This document shows positions 15,001 through 30,000 of a stretch of 46,132 nucleotides of DNA, in pieces. A program made the position numbers and the translations under genes. This stretch comes from Squalus acanthias (taxonomy: Eukaryota): the NCBI GenBank assembly GCA_030390025.1, contig JASTWF010000325.1, positions 496,001 through 542,132 on the forward strand, read 5' to 3'. The notes under the pieces were generated by a model. The model searched no databases and was not told the DNA's origin. It saw nothing but the letters and a program-made list of their open reading frames with translations. The first letter of the stretch is position 1; each line of letters begins with the position of its first letter.

Positions 15001-18000
15001 AATGAGACACAGTGTGAATGAGACACAGTGTGAATGAGACACAGTGTGAATGGGACACAGTGTGAATGAGACACAGTGTGAATGGGACAGTGTGAATGAG
15101 ACACAATGTGAATGAGACACAGTGTGAATGGGACACAGTGTGAATGAGACACAGTGTGAATGGGACACAATGTGAATGAGACACAGTGTGAATGGGACAC
15201 AGTGTGAATGGGACACAGTGTGAATGAGACACAGTGTGAATGGGACACAGTGTGAATGGACACAGTGTGAATGGGACACAGTGTGAATGAGACACAGTGT
15301 GAATGGGACACAGTGTGAATGAGACACAGTGTGAATGGGACACAGTGTGAATGGGACACAGTGTGAATGAGACACAGTGTGAATGGGACACAGTGTGAAT
15401 GGGACACAGTGTGAATGAGACACAGTGTGAATGGGACACAGTGTGAATGGGACACAGTGTGAATGGGACACAGTGTGAATGGGACACAGTGTGAATGAGA
15501 CACAGTGTGAATGGGACACAGTGTGAATGGGACACAGTGTGAATGAGACACAGTGTGAATGAGACACAGTGTGAATGAGACACAGTGTGAATGGGACACA
15601 GTGTGAATGGGACACAGTGTGAATGAGACACAGTGTGAATGGGACACAGTGTGAATGGGACACAGTGTGAATGGGACACAGTGTGAATGAGACACAGTGT
15701 GAATGGGACACAGTGTGAATGAGACACAGTGTGAATGGGACACAGTGTGAATGGGACACAGTGTGAATGAGACACAGTGTGAATGGGACACAGTGTGAAT
15801 GAGACACAATGTGAATGAGACACAGTGTGAATGGGGCACAGTGTGAATGAGAAACAGTGTGAATGGGACACAATGTGAATGGAGACACAATGTGAATGGG
15901 ACACAGTGTGAATGAGACACAGTGTGAATGAGACACAATGTGAATGAGACACAGTGTGAATGAGACACAGTGTGAATGAGACACAGTGTGAATGAGACAC
16001 AGTGTGAATGGACACAGTGTGAATGAGACACAGTGTGAATGGGACACAGTGTGAATGAGACACAAGTGAATGAGACACAGTGTGAATGGGACACAGTGTG
16101 AATGAGAAACAGTGTGAATGGGACACAATGTGAATGAGACACAGTGTGAATGGGACACAGTGTGAATGGGACACAGTGTGAATGAGACACAGTGTGAATG
16201 GGACACAGTGTGAATGGGACACAGTGTGAATGGGACACAGTGTGAATGAGACACAGTGTCACTGGGACACAGTGTGAATGAGACACAGTGTGAATGAGAC
16301 ACAGTGTGAATGAGACACAGTGTGAATGAGACACAGTGTGAATGAGACACAGTGTGAATGGACACAGTGTGAATGAGACACAGTGTGAATGAGACACAGT
16401 GTGAATGAGACACAGTGTGAATGGGACACAGTGTGAATGGGACACAGTGTGAATGAGACACAGTGTGAATGGGACACATGTGAATGGACACAGTGTGAAT
16501 GAGACACAGTGTGAATGAGACACAGTGTGAATGAGACACAGTGTGAATGGGACACAGTGTGAATGGGACACAGTGTGAATGAGACACAGTGTGAATGAGA
16601 CACAGTGTGAATGAGACACAGTGTGAATGAGACACAGTGTGAATGAGACACAGTGTGAATGGGACACAGTGTGAATGAGACACAGTGTGAATGGACACAG
16701 TGTGAATGAGACACAGTGTGAATGAGACACAGTGTGAATGAGACACAGTGTGAATGGACACAGTGTGAATGAGACACAGTGTGAATGAGACACAGTGTGA
16801 ATGAGACACAGTGTGAATGGGACACAGTGTGAATGAGACACAGTGTGAATGAGACACAGTGTGAATGAGACACAGTGTGAATGAGACACAGTGTGAATGG
16901 GAACACAGTGTGAATGAGACACAGTGTGAATGAGACACAGTGTGAATGGGACACAGTGTGAATGAGACACAGTGTGAATGAGACACAGTGTGAATGAGAC
17001 ACAGAGTGAATGAGACACAGTGTGAATGAGACACAGTGTGAATGAGACACAGTGTGAATGAGACACAGTGTGAATGGACACAGTGTGAATGAGACACAGA
17101 TGTGATGGGACACAGTGTGAATGAGACACAATGTGAATGGGACACAGTGTGAATGGACACAGTGTGAATGAGACACAGTGTGAATGAGACACAGTGTGAA
17201 TGAGACACAGTGTGAATGGACACAGTGTGAATGAGACACAATGTGAATGGACACAGTGTGAATGAGACACAGTGTGAATGAGACACAGTGTGAATGAGAC
17301 ACAATGTGAATGGGACACAGTGTGAATGAGACACAATGTGAATGGGACACAGTGTGAATGAGACACAATGTGAATGAGACACAGTGTGAATGAGACACAG
17401 TGTGAATGAGACACAATGTGAATGAGACACAGTGTGAATGGGACACAGTGTGAATGGGACACAGTGTGAATGAGACACAGTGTGAATGAGACACATGTGA
17501 ATGAGACACAGTGTGAATGAGACACAGTGTGAATGAGACACAATGTGAATGAGACACAGTGTGAATGAGACACAATGTGAATGGGACACAGTGTGAATGA
17601 GACACAATGTGAATGAGACACAGTGTGAATGAGACACAATGTGAATGGGACACAGTGTGAATGAGACACAATGTGAATGGGACACAGTGTGAATGAGACA
17701 CAATGTGAATGAGACACAGTGTGAATGAGACACAATGTGAATGAGACACAGTGTGAATGAGACACAGTGTGAATGGGACACAGTGTGAATGGGACACAGT
17801 GTGAATGAGACACAGTCTGAATGAGACAACAATGTGAACGGGACACAGTGTGAATGAGACACATTTGAATGAGACACAGTGTGAATGTGGACACAGTGCT
17901 GAATGAGACACAGTCTGAATGACACATGGTGAAGAATGTTGAATGAGCACAGTGTGAATGAGACACAGTCGTGAATGGCACTAGTTGAATGAGAACAGTG

Positions 18001-21000
18001 TGTAGCGACACAGTGTGAAAGAGACACAGTGTGAATGAGACACAGTGTGAATGGGACACAGTGTGAATGAGACACAGTGTGAATGGGACACAGTGTGAAT
18101 GAGACACAGTGTGAAATGTGACACAGTGTGAATGAGACACAAGTGTGAATGAGACACCGTGGTGAATGGGACACAGTGTGAATGAGACACAGTGTGAATG
18201 GGACACAGTGTGAATGAGAACAGTGTGAATGAGACACAGTGTGAATGGGACACAGTGTGAATGAGAAACAGTGTGAATGTGACACAGTGTGAATGGGACA
18301 CAGTGTGAATGGGGACACAGTGTGAATGAGACACAGTGTGAATGGGACACAGTGTGAATGGACACAGTGTGAATGGGACACAGTGTGAATGGGACACAGT
18401 GTGAATGAGACACAGTGTGAATGGGACACAGTGTGAATGAGACACAGTGTGAATGGGACACAGGGTGAATGGGACACAGTGTGAATGAGACACAGTGTGA
18501 AGGGGACTCAGTGTGAATGGGACACAGTGTGAATGGGACACAGGGTGAATGGGACACAGTGTGACTGGACACAGTGTGAATGGGACACAGTGTGAATGGA
18601 CACAGTGTGAATGAGACACAGTGTGAATGACACAGTGTGATGGGACACAGTGGGAATGGGACACAGTGTGAATGAGTCACAGTGTGAATGAGACACAGTG
18701 TGAATGGGACACAGTGTGAATGGGACACAGTGTGAATGGAGACACAGTGTGAATGAGACACAGTGTGAATGAGACACAGTGTGAATGGAGACACAGTGTG
18801 AATGAGTCACAGTGTGAATGAGACACAGTGTGAATGGGAACACAGTGTGAATGGGACACAGTGTGAATGGACACAGTCGTGAATGAGGACACAGTGTGAA
18901 TGGGACACAGTGTGAATGAGACACAGTGTGAATGTGACACAGTGTGAATGAGACAAAGTGTGAAAGAGACACAGTGTGAATGGACACAGTGTGAATGGGA
19001 CACAGTGTGAATGAGACACAGTGTGAATGGGGACACAGTGTGAATGAGACACAGTGTGAATGGACACAAATGTGAATGAGACCACATTTGAATGAGGACA
19101 CAGTGTGAATGAGACACAGTGAATGAGACACAATGTGAGACACAATGTGAATGAGACACATTGTGAATTGAGACACAGTGTGAATGAGACACAGTTGAGA
19201 CCAGTGTGAATGAGACACAGTGTGAATGAGACACAATGTGAATGAGACACTGGTGTGAATGGGACACAATCTGAATGAGACACAGTGTGAATGGGACACA
19301 GTGTGAATGAGACACAATGTGGAATGAGACACAGTGTGAATGAGACACAGTATGATACAGAATGAATGAGACAAGTGTGAATGGGGACACAGTGTGAATG
19401 AGACACAATGTGAATGAGACACTGTGTGAATGGGACACAGTTTGAATGAGACACAGTGTGAATGAGACACAGTGTGAATGAGGACACATGTGAATGAGGA
19501 CACAGTGTGAATGAGACACAATGTGAATGAGACACAGTGTGAATGAGACACAGTGTGAATGAGACACAGTGTGAATGAGACACAATGTGAATGGGACACA
19601 GTGTGAATGAGACACAATGTGAATGGGACACAGTGTGAATGAGACACAATGTGAATGAGACACAGTGTGAATGAGACACAGTGTGAATGAGACACAATGT
19701 GAATGAGACATGGTGTGAATGGGACACAGTGTGAATGGGACACAGTGTGAATGAGACACAGTGTGAATGAGGCACAATGTGAATGAGATACAGTGTGAAT
19801 GAGACACAGTGTGAATGAGACACAATGTGAATGAGACACAGTGTGAATGAGACACAATGTGAATGGGACACAGTGTGAATGAGACACAATGTGAATGAGA
19901 CACAGTGTGAATGAGACACAATGTGAATGGGACATAGTGTGAATGAGACACAATGTGAATGGGACACAGTGTGAATGAGACACAATGTGAATGTGACACA
20001 GTGTGAATGAGACACAATGTGAATGAGACACAGTGTGAATGAGACACAGTGTGAATGGGACACAGTTTGAATGGGACACAGTGTGAATGAGACACAATGT
20101 GAATGAGACACAGTGTGAATGGGACACAGTGTGAATGAGACACAGTGTGAATGAGACACATGTGAGTGAGACACAGTGTGAATGAGACACAATGTGAATG
20201 AGACACAGTGTGATGGACAGTGTGAGAGACACAGTGTGAATGGACACAGTGTGAATGAGACACAGTGTGAATGAGGACACAGTGTGAATGAGACACAGTG
20301 TGAATGAGACACAGTGTGAATGAGACACAGTGTGAATGAGACACAGTGTGAATGAGACACAATGTGAATGAGACACAGTGTGAATGAGACACAGTGTGAA
20401 TGAGACACAGTGTGAATGGACACAATGTGAATGAGACACAGTGTGAATGAGACACAATGTGAATGGGACACAGTGTGAATGAGACACAAGTGAATGGACA
20501 CAGTGTGAATGAGACACAGTGTGAATGAGACACAGTGTGAATGAGACACAGTGTGAATGGGACACAGTGTGAATGGGACACAGTGTGAATGGGACACAGT
20601 GTGAATGAGGCACAATGTGAATGAGACACAGTGTGAATGAGACACAGTGTGAATGAGACAAAATGTGAATGAGACACAGTGTGAATGAGACACAATGTGA
20701 ATGGGACACAGTGTGAATGAGACACAATGTGAATGAGACACAGTGTGAATGAGAAACAATGTGAATGGGACATACTGTGAATGAGACACAATGTGAATGG
20801 GACACAGTGTGAATGAGACACAATGTGAATGGGACACAGTGTGAATGAGACACAATGTGAATGAGACACAGTGTGAATGAGACACAGTGTGAATGGGACA
20901 CAGTTTGAATGGGACACAGTGTGAATGAGACACAATGTGAATGAGACACAGTGTGAATGGGACACAGTGTGAATGAGACACAGTGTGAATGAGACACAAT

Positions 21001-24000
21001 GTGAATGGGACACAATGTGAATGAGACACAGTGTGAATGAGACACAATGAGAATGAGACACAATGTGAATGGGACACAATGTGAATGAGACACAATGTGA
21101 ATGAGACACAATGTGAATGGGACACAGTGTGAATGAGACACAGTGTGAATGGGACACAATGTGAATGAGACACAGTGTGAATGAGACACAAAGTGAATGA
21201 GACACAGTGTGAATGAGACACAATGTGAATGGGACACAGTGTGAATGGGACACTGTGTGAATGAGACACAACGTGAATGAGACACAGTGTGAATGAGACA
21301 CAGTGTGAATGAGACACAAATTGAATGAGACACATTGTGAATGAGACAAAATATGAATGGGACACAGTGTGAATGGGACACAGTGTGAATGGGACACAGT
21401 GTGAATGAGACACAATGTGAATGGGACACAGTGAGAATGAGACACAGTGTGAATGAGACACAGTGTGAATGGGACACAGTTTGAATGAGACACAATTTGA
21501 ATGAGACACAGTGTGAATGAGACACAATGTGAATGGGACACAGTGTGAATGAGACACAATGTGAATGGGACACAGTGTGAATGGGACACAGTGTGAATGG
21601 GACACAGTGTGAATGGGACACAGTGTGAATGGGACACTGTGTGAATGAGACACAATGTGAATGGGAAAAAGTGAGAATGTGACACACTGTGAATGAGACA
21701 CAGTGCGAATGAGACACAGTGTGAATGGGACACAGTGTGAATGGGACACAATGTGAATGGGACACAGTGTGAATGGGACACAGTCTGAATGGGACACAGT
21801 CTGAATGGGACACAATGTGAATGGGACACAATGTGAATGGGACACAGTGTGAATGGGACACAGTGTGAATGGGACACAGTGTGAATGAGACACAGTATGA
21901 ATGAGACACAATGTGAATGGGACACAATGTGAATGAGACACAGTGTGAATGGGACACAGTGTGAATGGGACACAGTGTGAATGAGACACAATGTGAATGG
22001 GACACAATGTGAATGAGACACAGTGTGAATGGGACACGGTGTGAATGAGACACAGTATGAATGAGACAGAGTGTGAATGAGACACAGTGTGAATGAGACA
22101 CAGTGTGAATGAGACACAATGTGAATGAAACACAGTGTGAATGGGACACAATGTGAATGAGACACAGTGTGAATGAGACACAATGTGAATGAAAAACAGC
22201 GTGAATGAGACACAGTGTGAATGAGACACAGTGTGAATGAGACACAGTGTGAATGAGACACAATGTGAATGGGACACACTGTGAATGAGACACAGTATGA
22301 ATGGGACACAGTGTGAATGAGACACAGTGTGAATGAGACACAGTGTGAATGGGACACAGTGTGAATGAGACACAGTGTGAATGAGACAGAGTATGAATGG
22401 GACACAGTCTGAATGAGACACAGGGTGAATGGGACACAGTGTGAATGAGACACAGTGTGGATGAGACACAGTGTGAATGGGACACAGTGTGAATGAGACA
22501 CAGCGTGAATGAGACACAATGTGAATTGGACACAGTGTGAATGAGACACATTGTGAATGGGACACAGTGTGAATGAGACACAGTATGAATGGGACACAGT
22601 GTGAATGAGACACAGTGTGAATGAGACACAGTGTGAATGGGACACAGTGTGAATGAGACACAGTATGAATGAGACACAATGTGAACGGGACACAGTGTGA
22701 ATGAGACACAGTCTGAATGAGACACAATGTGAATGGGACACAGTGTGAATGAGACACAGTATGAATAAGACACAATGTGAATGGGACACGATGTGAATGA
22801 GACACAGTGTGAAAGAGACACAGTGTGAATGAGACATAGTTTGAATGAGACACAGTGTGAATGGGACACAGTGTGAATGAGAAACAGTCTGAATGAGACA
22901 CAGTGTGAATGTGACACAGTGTGAATGAGACACAGTGTGAATGGGACACAGTGTGAATGAGACACAATGTGAATGAGACACAGTGTGAATGGGGCACAGT
23001 GTGAATGAGAAACAGTGTGAATGGGACACAATGTGAATGAGACACAATGTGAATGGGACACAGTGTGAATGAGACACAGTGTGAATGAGACACAATGTGA
23101 ATGAGACACAGTGTGAATGAGACACAGTGTGAATGAGACACAGTGTGAATGAGACACAGTGTGAATGGGACACAGTGTGAATGAGACACAGTGTGAATGG
23201 GACACAGTGTGAATGAGACACAATGTGAATGAGACACAGTGTGAATGGGACACAGTGTGAATGAGAAACAGTGTGAATGGGACACAATGTGAATGAGACA
23301 CAATGTGAATGAGACACAGTGTGAATGGGACACAGTGTGAATGGGACACAGTGTGAATGGGACACAGGGTGAATGAGTCACAGTGTGAATGAGACACAGT
23401 GTGAATGGGACACAGGGCGAATGAGTCACAGTGTGAATGAGACACAGTGTGAAAGAAACACAGTGTGAATGAGACACAGTATGAATATGACACAATGTGA
23501 ATGGGACACGTTGTGAATGAGACACAGTGTGAAAGAGACACAGTGTGAATGAGACATAGTTTGAATGAGACACAGTGTGAATGGGACACAGTGTGAATGG
23601 GACACAGTTTGAATGGGACAGAGTGTGAATGAGACACAGTGTGAATGAGACACAATGTGAATGAGTCACAGTGTGAATGAGACACAGTGTGAATGAGACA
23701 GAGTATGAATGGGACACAGTCTGAATGAGACACAGGGTGAATGGGACACAGTGTGAATGAGACACAGTGTGGATGAGACACACTGTGAATGGGACACAGT
23801 GTGAATGAGGACACAGCGTGAATGAGACACAATGTGAATTGGACACAGTGTGAATGAGACACATTGTGAATGGGACACAGTGTGAATGAGACACAGTATG
23901 AATGGGACACAGTGTGAATGAGACACAGTGTGAATGAGACACAGTGTGAATGGGACACAGTGTGAATGAGACACAGTATGAATGAGACACAATGTGAACG

Positions 24001-27000
24001 GGACACAGTGTGAATGAGACACAGTCTGAATGAGACACAATGTGAATGGGACACAGTGTGAATGAGACACAGTATGAATAAGACACAATGTGAGTGAGAC
24101 ACAGTGTGAATGAGACACAATGTGAATGAGACACAGTGTGAATGGGACACAGTGTGAATGAGACACAATGTGAATGAGACATGGTGTGAATGGGACACAG
24201 TGTGAATGAGACACAGTGTGAATGAGACACAGTGTGAATGAGACACAATGTGAATGGGACACAGTGTGAATGAGACACAATGTGAATGAGACACAGTGTG
24301 AATGAGACACAGTGTGAATGAGACACAGTGTGAATGAGACACAATGTGAATGGGACACAGTGTGAATGAGACACAATGTGAATGGGACACAGTGTGAATG
24401 AGACACAATGTGAATCAGACACAGTGTGAATGAGACACAGTGTGAATGAGACACAATGTGAATGAGACAAGGTGTGAATGGGACACAGTGTGAATGGGAC
24501 ACAGTGTGAATGGGACACAGTGTGAATGAGGCACAATGTGAATGAGACACAGTGTGAATGAGACACAGTGTGAATGAGACACAATGTGAATGAGACACAG
24601 TGTGAATGAGACACAATGTGAATGGGACACAGTGTGAATGAGACACAATGTGAATGAGACACAGTGTGAATGAGAAACAATGTGAATGGGACATACTGTG
24701 AATGAGACACAATGTGAATGGGACACAGTGTGAATGAGACACAATGTGAATGGGACACAGTGTGAATGAGACACAATGTGAATGAGACACAGTGTGAATG
24801 AGACACAGTGTGAATGGGACACAGTTTGAATGGGACACAGTGTGAATGAGACACAATGTGAATGAGACACAGTGTGAATGGGACACAGTGTGAATGAGAC
24901 ACAGTGTGAATGAGACACAATGTGAATGGGACACAATGTGAATGAGACACAGTGTGAATGAGACACAATGAGAATGAGACACAATGTGAATGGGACACAA
25001 TGTGAATGAGACACAATGTGAATGAGACACAATGTGAATGGGACACAGTGTGAATGAGACACAGTGTGAATGGGACACAATGTGAATGAGACACAGTGTG
25101 AATGAGACACAAAGTGAATGAGACACAGTGTGAATGAGACACAATGTGAATGGGACACAGTGTGAATGGGACACTGTGTGAATGAGACACAACGTGAATG
25201 AGACACAGTGTGAATGAGACACAGTGTGAATGAGACACAAATTGAATGAGACACATTGTGAATGAGACAAAATATGAATGCGACACAGTGTGAATGGGAC
25301 ACAGTGTGAATGGGACACAGTGTGAATGAGACACAATGTGAATGGGACACAGTGAGAATGAGACACAGTGTGAATGAGACACAGTGTGAATGGGACACAG
25401 TTTGAATGAGACACAATTTGAATGAGACACAGTGTGAATGAGACACAATGTGAATGGGACACAGTGTGAATGAGACACAATGTGAATGGGACACAGTGTG
25501 AATGGGACACAGTGTGAATGGGACACAGTGTGAATGGGACACAGTGTGAATGGGACACTGTGTGAATGAGACACAATGTGAATGGGAAAAAGTGAGAATG
25601 TGACACACTGTGAATGAGACACAGTGCGAATGAGACACAGTGTGAATGGGACACAGTGTGAATGGGACACAATGTGAATGGGACACAGTGTGAATGGGAC
25701 ACAGTCTGAATGGGACACAGTCTGAATGGGACACAATGTGAATGGGACACAATGTGAATGGGACACAGTGTGAATGGGACACAGTGTGAATGGGACACAG
25801 TGTGAATGAGACACAGTATGAATGAGACACAATGTGAATGGGACACAATGTGAATGAGACACAGTGTGAATGGGACACAGTGTGAATGGGACACAGTGTG
25901 AATGAGACACAATGTGAATGGGACACAATGAGAATGAGACACAGTGTGAATGGGACACGGTGTGAATGAGACACAGTATGAATGAGACAGAGTGTGAATG
26001 AGACACAGTGTGAATGGGACACAGTGTGAATGGGACACAGGGTGAATGAGTCACAGTGTGAATGGGACACAGTGTGAATGGGACACAGGGTGAATGAGTC
26101 ACAGTGTGAATGAGACACAATGTGAATGAAACACAGTGTGAATGGGACACAATGTGAATGAGACACAGTGTGAATGAGACACAATGTGAATGAAAAACAG
26201 TGTGAATGAGACACAGTGTGAATGAGACACAGTGTGAATGAGACACAGTGTGAATGAGACACAATGTGAATGGGACACAGTGTGAATGAGACACAGTATG
26301 AATGGGACACAGTGTGAATGAGACACAGTGTGAATGAGACACAGTGTGAATGGGACACAGTGTGAATGAGACACAGTGTGAATGAGACAGAGTATGAATG
26401 GGACACAGTCTGAATGAGACACAGGGTGAATGGGACACAGTGTGAATGAGACACAGTGTGGATGAGACACAGTGTGAATGGGACACAGTGTGAATGAGAC
26501 ACAGCGTGAATGAGACACAATGTGAATTGGACACAGTGTGAATGAGACACATTGTGAATGGGACACAGTGTGAATGAGACACAGTATGAATGGGACACAG
26601 TGTGAATGAGACACAGTGTGAATGAGACACAGTGTGAATGGGACACAGTGTGAATGAGACACAGTATGAATGAGACACAATGTGAACGGGACACAGTGTG
26701 AATGAGACACAGTCTGAATGAGACACAATGTGAATGGGACACAGTGTGAATGAGACACAGTATGAATAAGACACAATGTGAATGGGACACGATGTGAATG
26801 AGACACAGTGTGAAAGAGACACAGTGTGAATGAGACATAGTTTGAATGAGACACAGTGTGAATGGGACACAGTGTGAATGAGAAACAGTCTGAATGAGAC
26901 ACAGTGTGAATGTGACACAGTGTGAATGAGACACAGTGTGAATGGGACACAGTGTGAATGAGACACAATGTGAATGAGACACAGTGTGAATGGGGCACAG

Positions 27001-30000
27001 TGTGAATGAGAAACAGTGTGAATGGGACAAAATGTGAATGAGACACAATGTGAATGGGACACAGTGTGAATGAGACACAGTGTGAATGAGACACAATGTG
27101 AATGAGACACAGTGTGAATGAGACACAGTGTGAATGAGACACAGTGTGAATGAGACACAGTGTGAATGGGACACAGTGTGAATGAGACACAGTGTGAATG
27201 GGACACAGTGTGAATGAGACACAATGTGAATGAGACACAGTGTGAATGGGACACAGTGTGAATGAGAAACAGTGTGAATGGGACACAATGTGAATGAGAC
27301 ACAATGTGAATGAGACACAGTGTGAATGGGACACAGTGTGAATGGGACACAGTGTGAATGGGACACAGGGTGAATGAGTCACAGTGTGAATGAGACACAG
27401 TGTGAATGGGACACAGGGCGAATGAGTCACAGTGTGAATGAGACACAGTGTGAAAGAACACAGTGTGAATGAGACACAGTATGAATAAGACACAATGTGA
27501 ATGGGACACGTTGTGAATGAGACACAGTGTGAAAGAGACACAGTGTGAATGAGACATAGTTTGAATGAGACACAGTGTGAATGGGACACAGTGTGAATGG
27601 GACACAGTTTGAATGGGACAGAGTGTGAATGAGACACAGTGTGAATGAGACACAATGTGAATGAGTCACAGTGTGAATGAGACACAGTGTGAATGAGACA
27701 GAGTATGAATGGGACACAGTCTGAATGAGACACAGGGTGAATGGGACACAGTGTGAATGAGACACAGTGTGGATGAGACACACTGTGAATGGGACACAGT
27801 GTGAATGAGACACAGCGTGAATGAGACACAATGTGAATTGGACACAGTGTGAATGAGACACATTGTGAATGGGACACAGTGTGAATGAGACACAGTATGA
27901 ATGGGACACAGTGTGAATGAGACACAGTGTGAATGAGACACAGTGTGAATGGGACACAGTGTGAATGAGACACAGTATGAATGAGACACAATGTGAACGG
28001 GACACAGTGTGAATGAGACACAGTCTGAATGAGACACAATGTGAATGGGACACAGTGTGAATGAGACACAGTATGAATAAGACACAATGTGAATGGGACA
28101 CGATGTGAATGAGACACAGTGTGAAAGAGACACAGTGTGAATGAGACATAGTTTGAATGAGACACAGTGTGAATGGGACACAGTGTGAATGAGAAACAGT
28201 CTGAATGAGACACAGTGTGAATGTGACACAGTGTGAATGAGACACAGTGTGAATGGGACACAGTGTGAATGAGACACAATGTGAATGAGACACAGTGTGA
28301 ATGGGGCACAGTGTGAATGAGAAACAGTGTGAATGGGACACAATGTGAATGAGACACAATGTGAATGGGACACAGTGTGAATGAGACACAGTGTGAATGA
28401 GACACAATGTGAATGAGACACAGTGTGAATGAGACACAGTGTGAATGAGACACAGTGTGAATGAGACACAGTGTGAATGGGACACAGTGTGAATGAGACA
28501 CAGTGTGAATGGGACACAGTGTGAATGAGACACAATGTGAATGAGACACAGTGTGAATGGGACACAGTGTGAATGAGAAACAGTGTGAATGGGACACAAT
28601 GTGAATGAGACACAATGTGAATGAGACACAGTGTGAATGGGACACAGTGTGAATGGGACACAGTGTGAATGGGACACAGGGCGAATGAGTCACAGTGGTG
28701 AATGAGACACAGTGTGAATGGGACACAGGGCGAGATGAGTCATCAGTGTGAATGAGACACAGTGTGAAAGAAACACTTGTGAATGAGACACAGTATGAAT
28801 AAGACCAATGTGAAATGGGACACGTTGTGAATGTGACACAGTGTGAAAGAGACACAGTGTGACTGAGACATAGTTTGAATGAGGACACAGTGTGAATGGG
28901 ACACAGTGTGAATGGGGACACAGTTTGAATGGGACCACAGTGTGAATGAGACACAGTGGTGACTGAGACACAATGGTGAATGAGTCACAGTGTGATGGGA
29001 CACAGTGTGAATGAGACACAGTGTGAATGCGACACTGTTTGAATGAGACACAGTGTGAATGAGACACAGCCGTGACTGAGACACAGTGTGAATGGACACA
29101 GTGTGAATGAGACACAGTGTGAATGGGACACAGTGTGAATGAGACACAGTGTGAATGGGACACAGTGTGAATGAGACACAATGTGAATGAGACACAGTGT
29201 GAATGAGACACAGTGTGAATGAGACACAGTGTGAATGGGACACAGTGTGAATGGGACACAGGGTGAATGAGTCACAGTGTGAATGAGACACAGTGTGAAT
29301 GGGACACAGGGTGAATGAGTCACAGTGTAAATGAGACACAGTGTGAAAGAAACACAGTGTGAATGAGACACAGTATGAATAAGACACAATGTGAATGGGA
29401 CACGATGTGAATGAGACACAGTGTGAAAGAGACACAGTGTTAATTGGGACATAGTTTGAATGAGACACAGTGTGAATGGGACACAGTGTGAATGAGACAG
29501 AGTCTGAATGGGACACAGTGTGAATGAGACACAATGTGAATGAGACACAGTGTGAATGGGACACAGTGTGAATGAGACACAGTGTGAATGAGACACAATG
29601 TGAATGGGACACAATGTGAATGAGACACAGTGTGAATGAGACACAATGAGAATGAGACACAATGTGAATGGGACACAATGTGAATGAGACACAATGTGAA
29701 TGAGACACAATGTGAATGGGACACAGTGTGAATGAGACACAGTGTGAATGGGACACAATGTGAATGAGACACAGTGTGAATGAGACACAAAGTGAATGAG
29801 ACACAGTGTAAATGAGACACAATGTGAATGGGACACATTGTGAATGGGACACTGTGTGAATGAGACACAACGTGAATGAGACACAGTGTGAATGAGACAC
29901 AGTGTGAATGAGACACAAATTGAATGAGACACATTGTGAATGAGACACAATATGAATGGGACACAGTGTGAATGGGACACAGTGTGAATGGGACACAGTG

